Positions 22,976-41,329 of a stretch of 64,000 nt of DNA are shown here, one piece after another. A model generated the notes under the pieces. The model saw nothing but the letters and a program-made list of their open reading frames with translations, had not been told where the DNA came from and made no database searches. The translations under genes and the position numbers were made by a program. The DNA is from the human T2T-CHM13v2.0 reference genome, Homo sapiens. Every line of letters begins with the position of its first letter. The first letter of the stretch is position 1. The stretch lies in the NCBI RefSeq assembly GCF_009914755.1, contig NC_060934.1. The stretch is one strand, 5' to 3'.

Positions 22976-23992
22976 GGGTCTCAGGGAAGATGGTGACGCT
23001 GGTGAAACCCGCGCAGTTTGTTGTGCCACCGTTGCTGCAGGTGGTCCAGACTTGGAACCTTGACACAAGGCCCAGGGTCTGGGCGCTGCGGCGGAGCCCA
23101 GTGAAAGTGGCGTTTCCTTCCGGAGAGGTGGGGGAACGGAAGCGCGCTCCCGGGAAGCAGCCCGGCAAGGCAGCATCTGAGGCCAGTGCCCATGAGCTAC
23201 GAGAGACACAGCCGCTTGAGGTGTCCCCATCCCACACTCCCAGCACCTGGGAAGAGTCTGGACTTCGCTACAATAACGTTTTTCCCGGGGACAGGAGGCT
23301 GAGCGGTGTAATGACAATAGTAAAGTCCAGGCCATTTCAGGAAAAACAAGGGTAGATACTGCTGGAAGGTCGCAGGCTCATTGCAGAAGCTCTCAAGGCT
23401 GGAGCTGTGCCAAACATTTCTTCTTTAGCCGTCTAGAATACCTAAAGGGGCTGCCAGTCGATAAGCTGAAAAGTGTCAGCCTCATTAAGGTGAAATTTGG
23501 GGAGATCAAGGATTGGTCCGACCTAGTAACACCACAAGGAATAATGGGTCAGTGATTACATGGTGTGTCTTAAGGTGTGGAGACCTAGGATTAATTGCTC
23601 ATACTTGTCTTAGGACAGCAGATTTCATTGAAATGAAATTCAAAATGTTACAATTAGAAAAATATAATTATCAAAGCTGTGTATCTTACAGCATTTTAAA
23701 TGGAAATTGAAACCCGTTTTTCACTATCATTTGGATTATGGCTCCTTATAGTCTCTAGGAAGAACCACTATTCCTCGAACCTTATATTTTTTAGATTACT
23801 TCTTCAACTTTTTATGTCAGATTAAAAATTAAGAAAATGTTTACTAAAAGATTTAGCCCTTCATTTTTGCAAAACCTCTGCCCATGTGGTGATAACTGTC
23901 AATAAACTCCTTATTCTAGAAGCAGATCTAAGAAGTGAGGTACAAGCCACAATTTATTGCCCTGTTTAGCCCAATAAACAAAGAACCTTGTC

Positions 23993-24028
<36 letters not shown>
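22976..24028 (+). pseudogene. MRM3: Processed pseudogene of MRM3/RNMTL1 (probably MRM3P1/RNMTL1P1): codons 1-187 plus intron-like 3' segment and poly(A)
   Basis: ORF 22990-23355 matches the MRM3 N-terminus as I recall it (about 75% aa identity; ALRRSPVKV, KRAPGKQP, PSTWEESGLRY, VMTIVKSRPF). TAG replaces K122, then ILLEGRRLIAEALKAGAVP, a 1-nt deletion near 23416, then FFFSRLEYLKGLPVDKLKSVSLIKVKFGEIKDWSDLVTPQGIM. AATAAA at 23973, A-tract 23997-24030, decayed 15-bp TSD at 22961-22975 and 24029-24043. Confidence 0.93.
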
Positions 24029-24033
<5 letters not shown>

Positions 24034-24505
24034 TCGTCCAGCCACAAGATTCCGAACCTCCCCAATTGCTCCTAGGGATAACATCACTATTGCAAAACCT
24101 AAGATTGGTGCTTAAGGTGTTTTCTAGGCCCTGCATTCTCATGCACCAACTGGCACTACCCAGACCAGTAATCTGGCTCAACCAGTTCTCCAATGCCACC
24201 TAGGAACACAAGGCAGCAAGAAGAACCCACTTCAAACCCCTATGATTTTTATCTCCAAACCAACCAATTAGCACTCCCCACTCCCTGGTCCCCTCCCTGC
24301 CAAATTATCCTTAAAAACCACAGTCTCCAAATTTTCAGGGAGACTGATTTGAGTAATAAAACTCCAGTCTTCCACTTAACCAGCTCTGTGTGAATTAAAC
24401 TCTTTCTCTATTGCAATTCCCCTGTCTTAATACATTGGCTCTATCTGGGAAACAGGCAAGGAACCTGTTGGGCAACTATAAAAGTTCTCAACTAGAAGGC
24501 TCTGA

Positions 24506-24838
<333 letters not shown>

Positions 24839-24887
24839 AGGTCTCTAGCACTTTTTCTAAATATTTCCCTATTTAAAAAATAAATGA

Positions 24888-25231
<344 letters not shown>

Positions 25232-25348
25232 CTAACTTTACTAACTAACTGTAACTTTACTCTCATCTTGCTTATTTGCATTTCAACAAGCTGTCTTGGT
25301 GTCTGAGAAAGGCAGGAAATCTCAGCTTTGGCAAAAAATTACATATAA

Positions 25349-25661
<313 letters not shown>

Positions 25662-25892
25662 AGGCAGCGTATCTTCTATCTATAGCAGGAAGTTATCCCA
25701 AGGGTGCACATCGTTTTTATATGTGTCACTGTCTCAAAAGCTTATATGCACGTGGCTTTCACCTCTACACAAAATAGGAGTTTTTATGTTTCCAAGCACA
25801 TAGTAGATATGAAGGAAGCTTTTTGAGCTCCTATAAGAAAAAGGCACCATGCAATTTAAAAGATATTAGTACTAAGATAGAACAGAGACTCC

Positions 25893-26573
25893 TGTTAGTG
25901 GCCTGCAGGCCTCCACAAGCACGGAAAGAAAGAAAATCTTGAATTCCTTCAAGGGAAATTCCAGGTGCGTAGCCAGCCCTGAGAAATAAATAAACAACTT
26001 GATAAGCAAGAAGAAGGGAATAGTAACTTAAAGCAACAGCCAAGGAAGCTAGAATCATGGGATGTCTGCTTCCCTATGGAAACTAAAGATAACATCTTTT
26101 TTTGTTTGTTTTTTTTTTGAGATGGAGTCTCCCTCTGTTGCCCAGGCTGGAGTGCAGTGGACCATCTCAACTCACTGCAGCCTCTGCCTCCTAGGTTCAA
26201 GCTATTCTCCTGCCTCAGCCACCCGTGTAGCTGGGATTAGAGGCATGCACCACCACACCAAGCTAATTTTTGTATTTTTAGTACAGACGGGGTTTTGCCA
26301 TGTTGCCCAGGCTGGTCTCAAACTCCTGGCCTCAAGTGATCCACCTGCCTCAGCCTCCCAAAGTGTTGGGATTACAGGCGTGAGCCACTGAGCCCAGCCA
26401 CCCCTGCCTTAAAAAACCCTTACCTGCAAGGTCAGGATTTAAGCATAAGCTGCCTGATCCTCCTTGCTTGGTAACCTGCAGATAAACACCTTCTTTCTTC
26501 CCACTGCAAACGTCGGTGTGGATATCTGGTCTTATCGTGTCAGGCAAGCAGACCCCATCTAGCTTCAATAACA
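25893..26573 (+). mobile_element. MER66-like ERV1 LTR, middle occupied by an Alu (26097-26399 minus)
   Basis: GAAAATCTTGAATTCCTTCAAGGGAAATTCCAGG..GAAACTAAAGATAACATCTT; ends TAACA. Confidence 0.65.
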
Positions 26574-26831
26574 GTACTGATGATCATCTCAGGTGGCCTT
26601 TTACAAATACATACCTGGCATCCTAATTTTTCAGAAAGATTTGAGGAGTCTTTTTGGAGAGTAGAGGGGTATAGGGTGTGTATTTGTATGTGTGCAATTT
26701 TCATTTCAACTGCATGGATTCACACAACATAAAACACGGGCATGAAAAGGACCCCAGTGAATGTTACAGACACCAGCACCTGCCACACGGTCTTGGGACA
26801 CATGGAAATAATTCATGAAAATAATCAAGCA

Positions 26832-27510
<679 letters not shown>

Positions 27511-29049
27511 CCCAATAACTTATGGAAAATAAAATTTAAAAAAATAGAAAAATAAAAAAATAAAGATTGTACTGGATGTAACTAGGACAAGTGATCTCTT
27601 TCATCCTACCTCACCAAAGAAGGCCCCTTAGCTGCATAAACTTGTTTAATGAATGAATCACCAAGATGATTAATCAAGGGATAGGAATGACAGTGGTTCC
27701 AAATGTGCCTCTATTTTTTGATAGCATGAGAATATCCCTGGCTAAGTAAAAGGGTAGTTGTAACTACTGTTGTAAATCACACTGACTTTTAGCAGGTTGT
27801 TTAAAGCAGGATGGAAAGTTCAGCCAGTCCAAGCACCAGGCTAGTCCTCTATTCCACACCTCATAAAATGAACCTAAGGTACCTTTGTAAGAAAGCAGCA
27901 TAGACCATACAATGCCAGAGTCCCTGGGGAAGAGAGAAAATGTGAAAAGCAAACTATAGGCTTTAAAAAATGCAAATCCAGCTTATGTTTGGATTCAACT
28001 ATTTTAAAATATGTCCTCTTAGCCCACTAGCCACTCCACTTGGAAGGAGACGTAATTTATGTCTAAGGAGTGGCAGAATTCATTCAGAATCATCATCTTC
28101 TAATTCAGCCTCGTGGCTCTAAAAATTGCCTCTGGGTACTTGCCTAAAATAACTTTTAGAGTCTGTACTCCAATAAAGAGTCCTTTGCTGAAACTTGGAT
28201 CAAATGCTCATTTATTACCCTTACCTCTTTATCAATTAAAAAACATGTTATAAAAGCACATTCTTTATAAGAGGAAAGACATAGAAGTTATTCTCTTTGC
28301 TATGCTCACAGTACAATTTTTCCAAAATGAAAGGAAACATGTGTCCAGGGTGGGGAAAATGTGCTGGTGTCATGCGGCGGCTCTATGAAATATTACTACC
28401 TGATCAGAATCAGACAGAAACCAATGGGTAGGGGGTAACAACTTCCCTTTGCAAGCATCAGCTCTGTATGCGGTGGAGGTAAAAGTGATTAAGAGACTGA
28501 GCCAAGAACTAGAAAATCATATTTTTATTCAATGTTTAAAACTCAACTTTCTCTAGGTACAAGGAATCTCCATCTGTTTTAGAATTGGGATGATCACAAA
28601 GGTGCTGGCTGAAATGGTTTATTCCTAAAGCTCCTCTTCTTGAAAAAATATTTATTTAACAGATCAAAGCCTGTGAGCCCATCATCAGCTTTCCATTCTT
28701 CTCAGCACACAGCTATTGTGGACCCAGCCGGCTTCCAAATATAGGCATGGAGACATATGATGTCACAGTCTGGCATGCAAAGCTCCCCAACCCCACACAT
28801 GCATGCACTCATAAAGAATGCAAACGTCTCTTAAAACCGTGCACTTAAACATGTTTTGTAAGGTTCTGTGGTTGCATCCCCAGAGATGGAAGTCAAGGAA
28901 AACCTGTTCTGCAGATGGAAAAAAGAGGTTATAGCAGAGAGGTCTACTCTCCTTAATCAGTAGTTTCTGGTCTCTAAAAGCAATGAGCCAGCCAAAGAAC
29001 AAATGAAAAAAGAAATCTATTGACTAGAAACCCCTTTAAAAGAGGTCTT

Positions 29050-29368
<319 letters not shown>

Positions 29369-29572
29369 TTAAATCTCTGATCCATCTAAAACAGCAACAT
29401 TCTGTTGTGTTAGACTCAGCATAGCTTTGTCCTTCAAGGGGAGACAGTCCATCAGTAAACACATAATTCTGAGTGACACCTATGTGCCTCTTGCTACAAC
29501 TAGGGTTGAGGGCTAGATGTCAGAGAAGTTGAGGTTTCTATATGTAGAAAGTCTGCAGTCTAGCTTGGAAGG

Positions 29573-30898
<1,326 letters not shown>

Positions 30899-30927
30899 GG
30901 AAGCATAAGGAATATGTGAAATAATTA

Positions 30928-31143
<216 letters not shown>

Positions 31144-31190
31144 GAGTGTAAATGTGAGCATCACAAGTGTTGCAGATTCCACTGGGGTGT

Positions 31191-31592
31191 GTTGCAGGTT
31201 GGGTTCCTCAGGAAGCCGACTCTGGGGAGGAGATCAGAGCACAGGAATTTACCAGGGAGGGCTCTCAGGGCCAACGCCTGTTGGGAAAATGAAGGACTCA
31301 GGACCGGCCAGATGGAGCTGAGCGGCCTGCTGTGGCAAGCTCTGAAGCTGGGATGTCCCTTTAAAACTGTCCCACGCTGGGCCTATAGACAGCTCCACAC
31401 ATTCCTGCCACTCATTGAATGCCCAAGCAGGAGCGTGACATGGGACAAAAGTGACTCCTTGGGCAGAGGCCATTCCCAGGCCACCGCTGAACACTGATGG
31501 CTCCCACCCGGCCAACAGCACACCCAGCAGCTGGGGATATAAGTTCTCCATCCTTGAAGGAGAAATCTGGGCAGCACGGCACAGCATCTGCA
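31191..31592 (-). mobile_element. LTR16-like ERVL LTR
   Basis: TGTTGCAGGTTGGGTTCCTCAGGAAGCCGACTCTG..CCCAGCAGCTGGGGA..GGAGAAATCTGGGCAGCAC. Confidence 0.6.
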
Positions 31593-32178
31593 GGAGAATG
31601 GCTCCACACCACAGTCTCCCCACTCTGGGAAAGGCCCTCCATGGCCCCAGCCCCCACACCCACCTCTCCCTGCCTGCATCCAGAGAGGTGCCTCATTTCT
31701 AGAGGCAATCACCTGACTCAAGCTTAAACATTCCAGTTTTCTCCTGGGACTTGAAACTTGGCATGGATACAGAAAGTAGCAGTTATTGAAGCAGACTTGG
31801 TGCCCTGAAGAGAAAGTCTAAATGTTTCTGCAGCTGAAATCCCTGGAGGTTCTCTCTTGCCGCCAACTGGAAGCCAGGGTTCTGGTTCTCCCTTCAGTTC
31901 TGTGAGGAGCCGCGGGGCCTTCCCAGGAAATATGTGTTTTGGCCCATATCCCAGAACTGGATTTTATGGGTTGCAAAAAAGACTACCCTAATTAATAAAC
32001 AAGGATTACAAGGAGGACTAAAGAATCTATTATGATGTGACTTTCATATGTGTCATGTCTAGGACTCCTTCAACACTCTCAGTCCCATGAAGGCAAGGAC
32101 CAGCCTGCCTTATTTACTCTGAGGTTCTCACTAAGCATGGTGATTGACATAGCATAAGCATCTAGCAAATTTGTTCAG

Positions 32179-33341
32179 TGTTGGTACTCAGAAACCAAAT
32201 ACCCCAAAATACATCACATTGACATACTGAAAAAGAAGTCTCAAGTTCTCTCTGGCCTCCCCCAACCACCACGACCATCTCTTCCAAAGAGTTAAAAGTT
32301 CCTTTATCTGCCTAAGATCCAGGCCCATCAAGAAGAACAATTGTTTTTTCTTCCGCTCCCTGTAAGACCAAGAATGTAACCACACCTGAACCACCCTATC
32401 ACTGTCAAAGAGAAGTATTTACAAGTTAATCTCTGTTCCCAGATCCATTTATTCTCCCTAGTAATCCCCTCAAAGAATTCCACTTCTACCCTCTTCCATA
32501 ATCTGTTTTATCCCTGAAACAGCCTGGTTGTCTGGAGTAACACCCCAAGTTCCTTGTCCCATGGCCACAGAGAACAAGGACGCAGACACACAAAGAGTAA
32601 GGTTGAGATTGAAAGCATAGTAAGCGAAAGAAAGAGAATAGCTCTTTGCTACAGAGGGGGGTTCCCAGAAAATGCTGGATCTGCAGTGAAATGCAGGGGG
32701 GTGTATTGATGAGCTGGTGAGGAGGTGACGTCTGATTTACATAGGGTGCAAAAAACTGGTTAGACTGGGTGTGCCATTTGCATAGGGCACGAATTTCTGG
32801 TAGCCCCGCCCTAATCTTTTATTATGCAGGCAGGTCCTCTGCCTGAGCTGCACCATGTTGCCCATTCATTTACTGTACATGTGGTAACCAAAAAAAGGGA
32901 AGATGGAACCTCCGTGCTGGACATGCCTGGCCCCCAGGTAGCCCTTTTCTATTGGCACAGTTGCTGGCATTCCCCTGTGCAAGCTTGCAGCTTCCTTGTT
33001 CATGTTTGCAGCTCAATTTCTTAGGCTGCTCTTTGTTAGAAATGATTTTGGGGGCTGCTTTTTGTTGTAAGGGACACTCTGCTGAGGACTCTGTTGCCCT
33101 CACTATCTGCCTTAATAATTTATTTCTACCTCCAGGATCCAAACCCCCTTTCTTTCTGTAGCCCTAAGATGGTATATAAACTTTTGTACCTCACTATTGG
33201 GTTGAGTCTTCATTCTGAACGCTCCCGTGTATACACATTAAATAAATTTGTACGCCTTTTCTCCCATTACTCAATCTCCCCCAGGTCAGTGATTTTTTTT
33301 CAGCGAACCTTTAGGGAGTGCCACAGACCTTGGCCCTCACA
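32179..33341 (+). mobile_element. MER39B-like solo LTR inserted in an L2 3' tail
   Basis: TGTTGG..CTCAGAAACCAAATACCCCAAAATA start, CA end, perfect TSD TCAG; the L2 tail TGAATGAATGAATG resumes at 33346. Confidence 0.85.
32515..33134 (-). mobile_element. LTR9-like LTR nested in the MER39B-like LTR
   Basis: TGAAACAG at the left edge; GAGGACTCTGTTGCCCTCACTATCTGCCTTAATAATTT near the right edge, whose junction is eroded. Confidence 0.8.
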
Positions 33342-33441
33342 TCAGTGAATGAATGAATGGATGAGAGCAGAGGGCCTCAGCATAGATTGGGATTATAAAA
33401 AGGCTCCATGAAGGAGATGGAACTGGATCTGGCATTACATG

Positions 33442-35588
<2,147 letters not shown>

Positions 35589-36413
35589 CATGAAAGAATA
35601 TAGCTAAACAGAGAAAGGGAACCTGCCAGGAAGCAAGTGGCATGAAAAAAAAGAGCAAAGGAGGCCAGCCTCCTGGCAGTGGAGGGTGTGAATTTCGGGA
35701 TTAGGTCAGATTGTACAGACTACTGAAACCCATAGAGAGCAAGGTAGATTTCGTGTAGAGGGAAGACATTGCTAAGTCACTGTTCAAAGGAGAACTGGAT
35801 TCCTCATCAGCTTCCTTTCTCCTACTGAAAAGTCAGACTGAGAGAGAATCTCATGCCAAAACCTGTTAGAAATTTCCACCCGTTGTTATTGCCAGTGGAA
35901 TTAAGTTAAGAAAAATCTAACCAGAGCCAGACCGAAAAAAGTGATAAGACACGTCACACCTCTCTCTGAGTCTACTTCCTGTCTCAGAGACGGAGGGTGT
36001 GTGGCTACCAAAATACTGAATAATAAACTGTGAAACAGCCAGAGTAAGATCCCCACGTGTAGCCCATCTCTCCACCAGAAAACTCAGGGAAAGAAAGAAG
36101 GCTGGGGAGCAGTGAGGCCCTGCCTCCTGTGAGGCTTAAACTCCACAGGAAAAATTCTATAAGTTGTAGGGGACCAAAAGTATGCACCCCACAATGACTG
36201 TAGACGACTAAAATATGCCACCCAAAAAAAATGCCTCTTTGGCATAAGGATGAGTTTGAGAAACTACAAACCCAAGAGATGTTCTGAAAACAGTAGAAGT
36301 TACCCTTTTGTAAGGGAAATTTACATCTGTAAAGGGAATCTCCATTTTTAAGGATATCTTCCTGTACAAGAAAGAGAAGGATGACTCTTAATCACAAGAG
36401 ACTCTTATCACTG

Positions 36414-37130
36414 TGAGATGGGATTATTCCCTTGACCTTGACCCCCTTTGTGGGCAGGAACTAGAGTGGCTCGTTTCACCAAGCCTGCAGTCCATGGACA
36501 GCTAAGTGTTAACAGCTCAGTGAATGGTGAGGGTGAGAGCCTCCCGCACCTGCCCTTTTTGACACCTGAGTTCTTGTTCAGTGTCCAGGAAGAATCAGGT
36601 CACATGAACTGTTTGAAAGATGATGAACGTGGAGGACTTTACTGAATAGTGAAAGTGGCTCTCAGTGGAAGGGGAGCTGGAAAGGAGACAGTGCGGGAAG
36701 AAGGTGATCTTTCCCTGCAGTCCAGCTGTCTCTGGCCAGGCTCCCCTCTGAAACTGCACTGTCTGAAGTTAGCCGCATTTAACTATCGTCTCCAACACTC
36801 AGTTGCTTCTCTACTCACCATTCAGCAGCTTGCATCCCTGAGGCTCAGCAGCTTATATCCTTGCTGGTCAGCTGCCTGTTTTGTCTTTTCTTTTTTTTTT
36901 TTTTTTTTCTGCCAGCTGCTCTGGTTTTTATGGGCACAGGATAGGGGGCAGGATAGGCCAAAAAGGCAATCATTTGGGTGAAAAATGGGGCCGAGTTTCC
37001 AGGCTTGAGGGTGGAATTTAGCCAGGAGCCCAGCCCTTCTGTATCAGGGTCAGCTGTTTTCACTTAGGGTCGAATTGAGGTTCCAGGTTTGAGGATGGAG
37101 TTCAGTCAGAAGCCCAGACATTCTACATTA
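36414..37130 (-). mobile_element. LTR27-like solo LTR nested in MER34
   Basis: Homologous to 34653-35274; perfect TSD ACTG at 36410 and 37131. Confidence 0.82.
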
Positions 37131-37997
37131 ACTGGAGGAGGCATCAACCTAAATCTGCATAACAAGCTTTTCTCTTATTTACCATAATTTTTCTGATCAC
37201 ATCCCCATAAGCCTTTCCCTGCACTGTTTCTGCAGATAATGGTATTTAATCCTGAATTCAAAGCCACCTCTTTGAGATTGTACTCATTTCTCTGGATATC
37301 ATCTGTGTATACATGAGGTATACATGGTAATAAGCTTCTGTTTGTTTTTCTCTTGTTAATCTGTCTTTTGTTACAGGGGTCTATCCCAACTAAGTACTAT
37401 GAAAGTAATGGGGTTCAGGACATGCTATCCCAAAATATGATACTTTGGCATTTGAGAAAACAGCAGAAGCAAGAAGATCTCTCTGACCTTCTAACCTTCT
37501 CTCCTGAAGCAGGTCGTGAAAGAATTCTCTGAACTTCCCAAAATAGTCATTCCAGAAGGGTCCTTCCTATATTCACATGAAAGGAATGAAGACAGAGAAA
37601 CAAAGAAGAATCTGAACAAACAAGCCTTACTAATTTTCCCCCAGTCTATTACCATTAGATCTCTTGCTCCAATCATACTTCTTTTTTTTTTTTTTTTTTT
37701 TTTTTTGAGACAGGGTCTAGCTCTGTCACCCAGGCTGAAGAGCAGTGGCGCGATCTTGGCTCACTGCAACCTCCGCCTCCCAGGTTCACGCAATTCTCCT
37801 GCCTCAGTCTCCCGAGTAGCTAGGATTACAGGCACCTGCCACCACACCCGGCTAATTTTTGTTTAGTAGAGACAGGGTTTCACCATGTTGGCCAGGCTGG
37901 TCTCAAACTCCTGACCTCAGGCGATCTGCGAGCCTTGGCCTCCCAGAATGCTGGGATTACAGGCGTGAGCCACTGTACCCAGCCCCAATCATCCTTC

Positions 37998-39141
<1,144 letters not shown>

Positions 39142-39157
39142 TTTCTACACAGCTATC

Positions 39158-39904
39158 TGAAATGGGAGAGTTTCCTGATCCCCATCGTAGGATGTGCGAC
39201 AGGGGCGTGGCTCACCTGTTCAGCCGCTGCTCCTGGTCAAACCTCTCAGGTGAGGGGGAGTACACAGACGGACAGATGCAGGAGCCCAAGTGGGCGTGTG
39301 TTATAGTGTGCCCTTTTTGCCCTGCCATCCACAGATGACTTAAATGTTAACCAGCTTAATGGACCCTCTGCCTTCTCACAGGGGCAGAAGGTCAATGTGA
39401 CAGCTTTTTGTATCTCAAACTCTTGCCCAGCATCCTGGAAGAATCGGGGCACACATGGGCTTGAAGGGTAATGCAGGTTTTTGTTGAGTGGTGGAGGTGG
39501 CTCTCAGCAGGATGGATGGGGAGCCAGAAGTGGGGGATGGAGTGGGAAGATGATCTTCCCCTGGAGCTTGGCTGTCCAGCGGCCCAATTCCTCTCTGGCC
39601 ACCCCCAGCAAAACTCCTCTCGGCATTCACATATTCCTCTTCTTCCCTCTTCCTCTGCCGCATCATTTTGCCATTCATCTGCTTGTCCCATCCCTTCATC
39701 TGCTCGTCTCCTTCTGGAGCCTGGGGTTTAGGGTTTATGTGGATACAGGATAAAGGGCATGGTGGACCAAAAGGCAATGTTTTGGGTGCAAAAACAGGAA
39801 TGCCGGTCCCCATTTAGGGCTGTGGGCCTCCAGGCTTAAAGGTGGGGCCTTTGCCAGGAACTGCCCTCTTCTACCCAGTATTTCCCTGTCCTCTGTCCGT
39901 ATCA
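39158..39904 (-). mobile_element. MER52/LTR28-group solo LTR
   Basis: TGAAATGGGAGAG...CTTCTACCCAGTATTTCCCTG..GTATCA; perfect TSD TATC. Confidence 0.85.
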
Positions 39905-39944
39905 TATCCACTCTTCATCAAACCTAAGCATAAAAATACAGTTT

Positions 39945-40118
39945 TGCCAGGTGCGGTGGTGTGTGTCTGTGGTCCCACCTACTGAGAGGCTGAGGCGGGA
40001 GAATCACTTGAGCCCAGGAGTTCAAGGCTGTAGTGTGCCATGATCGTGCCTGTGAATAGCTACTGCATTCTAGTCTGGGCAACATAGCAAAACCTCACCT
40101 CTAAAAACAAAAAAAAAA
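39945..40118 (+). mobile_element. FAM (fossil Alu monomer)
   Basis: Single monomer retaining 7SL-derived GCCTGTGAATAGCTACTGCA; TSD AAAAATACAGTTTT/AAAAACCAGTTTT. Confidence 0.8.
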
Positions 40119-40282
40119 CCAGTTTTCCCATTTTTTTGGGTCTTCATTTCAAGACTCCTGTGTCACATAAAACTTATATTAAGTTTAGCTGGGTGTGATG
40201 GCTTACACCTGTAATCCCAGCCCTTTGGGAGGGTGAGGCAAGTGGATCACCTGAGGTCAAGAGTTGGAGACCAGCCTGGCTA

Positions 40283-40444
<162 letters not shown>

Positions 40445-40614
40445 TCAAAAAAAAAAATTATATTAAGTTTATATGCTTTTCTCTTGTTAATGCCTTTTGT
40501 TATAGGAGTTTCAGCCATGAACCTTGTGAAGGGTGAGGGAAAGACGTTACTTTTTCTTCCCTGCAAAGGATTTGGAGAAAATTATTTTTCCTCCTCTGTA
40601 AGATTGAATTAGAG

Positions 40615-41329
40615 CAGCAGCCCCCAACGTTTTTGGCACCAGGGACTAGTTTCATGGAAGACAATTTTTCCACAGATGCGGGGTGGGGATGGCTTCAGGA
40701 TCAAACTGTGCCACCTCAGATCATCAGGAATTAAATTCTCATAAGGAGCATGCAACCTAGATCCCTCACATGCACAATTCACAGTAGAGTTCATGCTTCT
40801 ATGAGAATCTAATGCAGCCTCTGATCTGATAGGCAGAGCTCAGATGGTGTACTAGTCTGTTTTCACACTGCTGATACAGACATAGCCTAGACTGGGTCAT
40901 TTTTAAAGAAAAAGAGGTTTAATGGACTCACAGTTCCATGTGGCTGGGGAGGCCTCACAATCATGGCAGAGGGCGAAAGGCACGTCTTACGTGGTGGCAG
41001 ACAAGAGCAAAAAAAAAGAGATAAGCAAAGAGAGCCAAGCGAAAGAGGTTTCCTCTTATAAAACCATCAGATCTCATGAGACTTATTCACTACCATGAGA
41101 ACAGTATAGGGGAAACCACTCCCATGATTCAATTACCACCATCAGGTCCCTCCCACAACATGTGGGGATTATGGGAGCTAGAATTCAAGATGAGATTTGG
41201 GTGGGGACACAGCCAAGCCATATCAGGTGGTAATGGTCGCTCACCCACAGTCCACCTTCTGCTATCCACCCTGGTACCCAAGAGACCATGGACCAGTACC
41301 CATCCATAGCCAAGGGGTTGGAGACCCCG
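40615..41329 (+). mobile_element. MER1B-like hAT-Charlie DNA transposon split by THE1
   Basis: CCCCAACGTTTTTGGCACCAGGGAC..TTTCATGGAAGACAATTTTTCCAC; end GGTTGGAGACCCCG; 8-bp TSD AATTAGAG/AGTTAGAG. Confidence 0.88.
40848..41225 (-). mobile_element. THE1 (THE1B-like) solo LTR
   Basis: GAGGTTTAATGGACTCACAGTTCCA..GAGATTTGGGTGGGGACACAGCCAAGCCATATCA; TSD GATGG/GGTGG. Confidence 0.92.

Noticed and set aside
22940-23335. Minus-strand ORFs of 70-131 aa over the MRM3 copy
   Set aside because: Shadow frames of GC-rich pseudogene sequence.
22976-24030. Functional MRM3 gene
   Set aside because: Premature TAG, frameshift, missing catalytic region, poly(A) and TSD.
31189-31727. Cluster of overlapping ORFs in GC-richer sequence
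   Set aside because: Lies mostly within an LTR16-like element; no coding or splice evidence.
36165-36235. Duplicated start of the outer MER34-like LTR (TGTAG..ATATGCCACCC)
   Set aside because: As I recall, this is a feature of the MER34 consensus rather than a local event.
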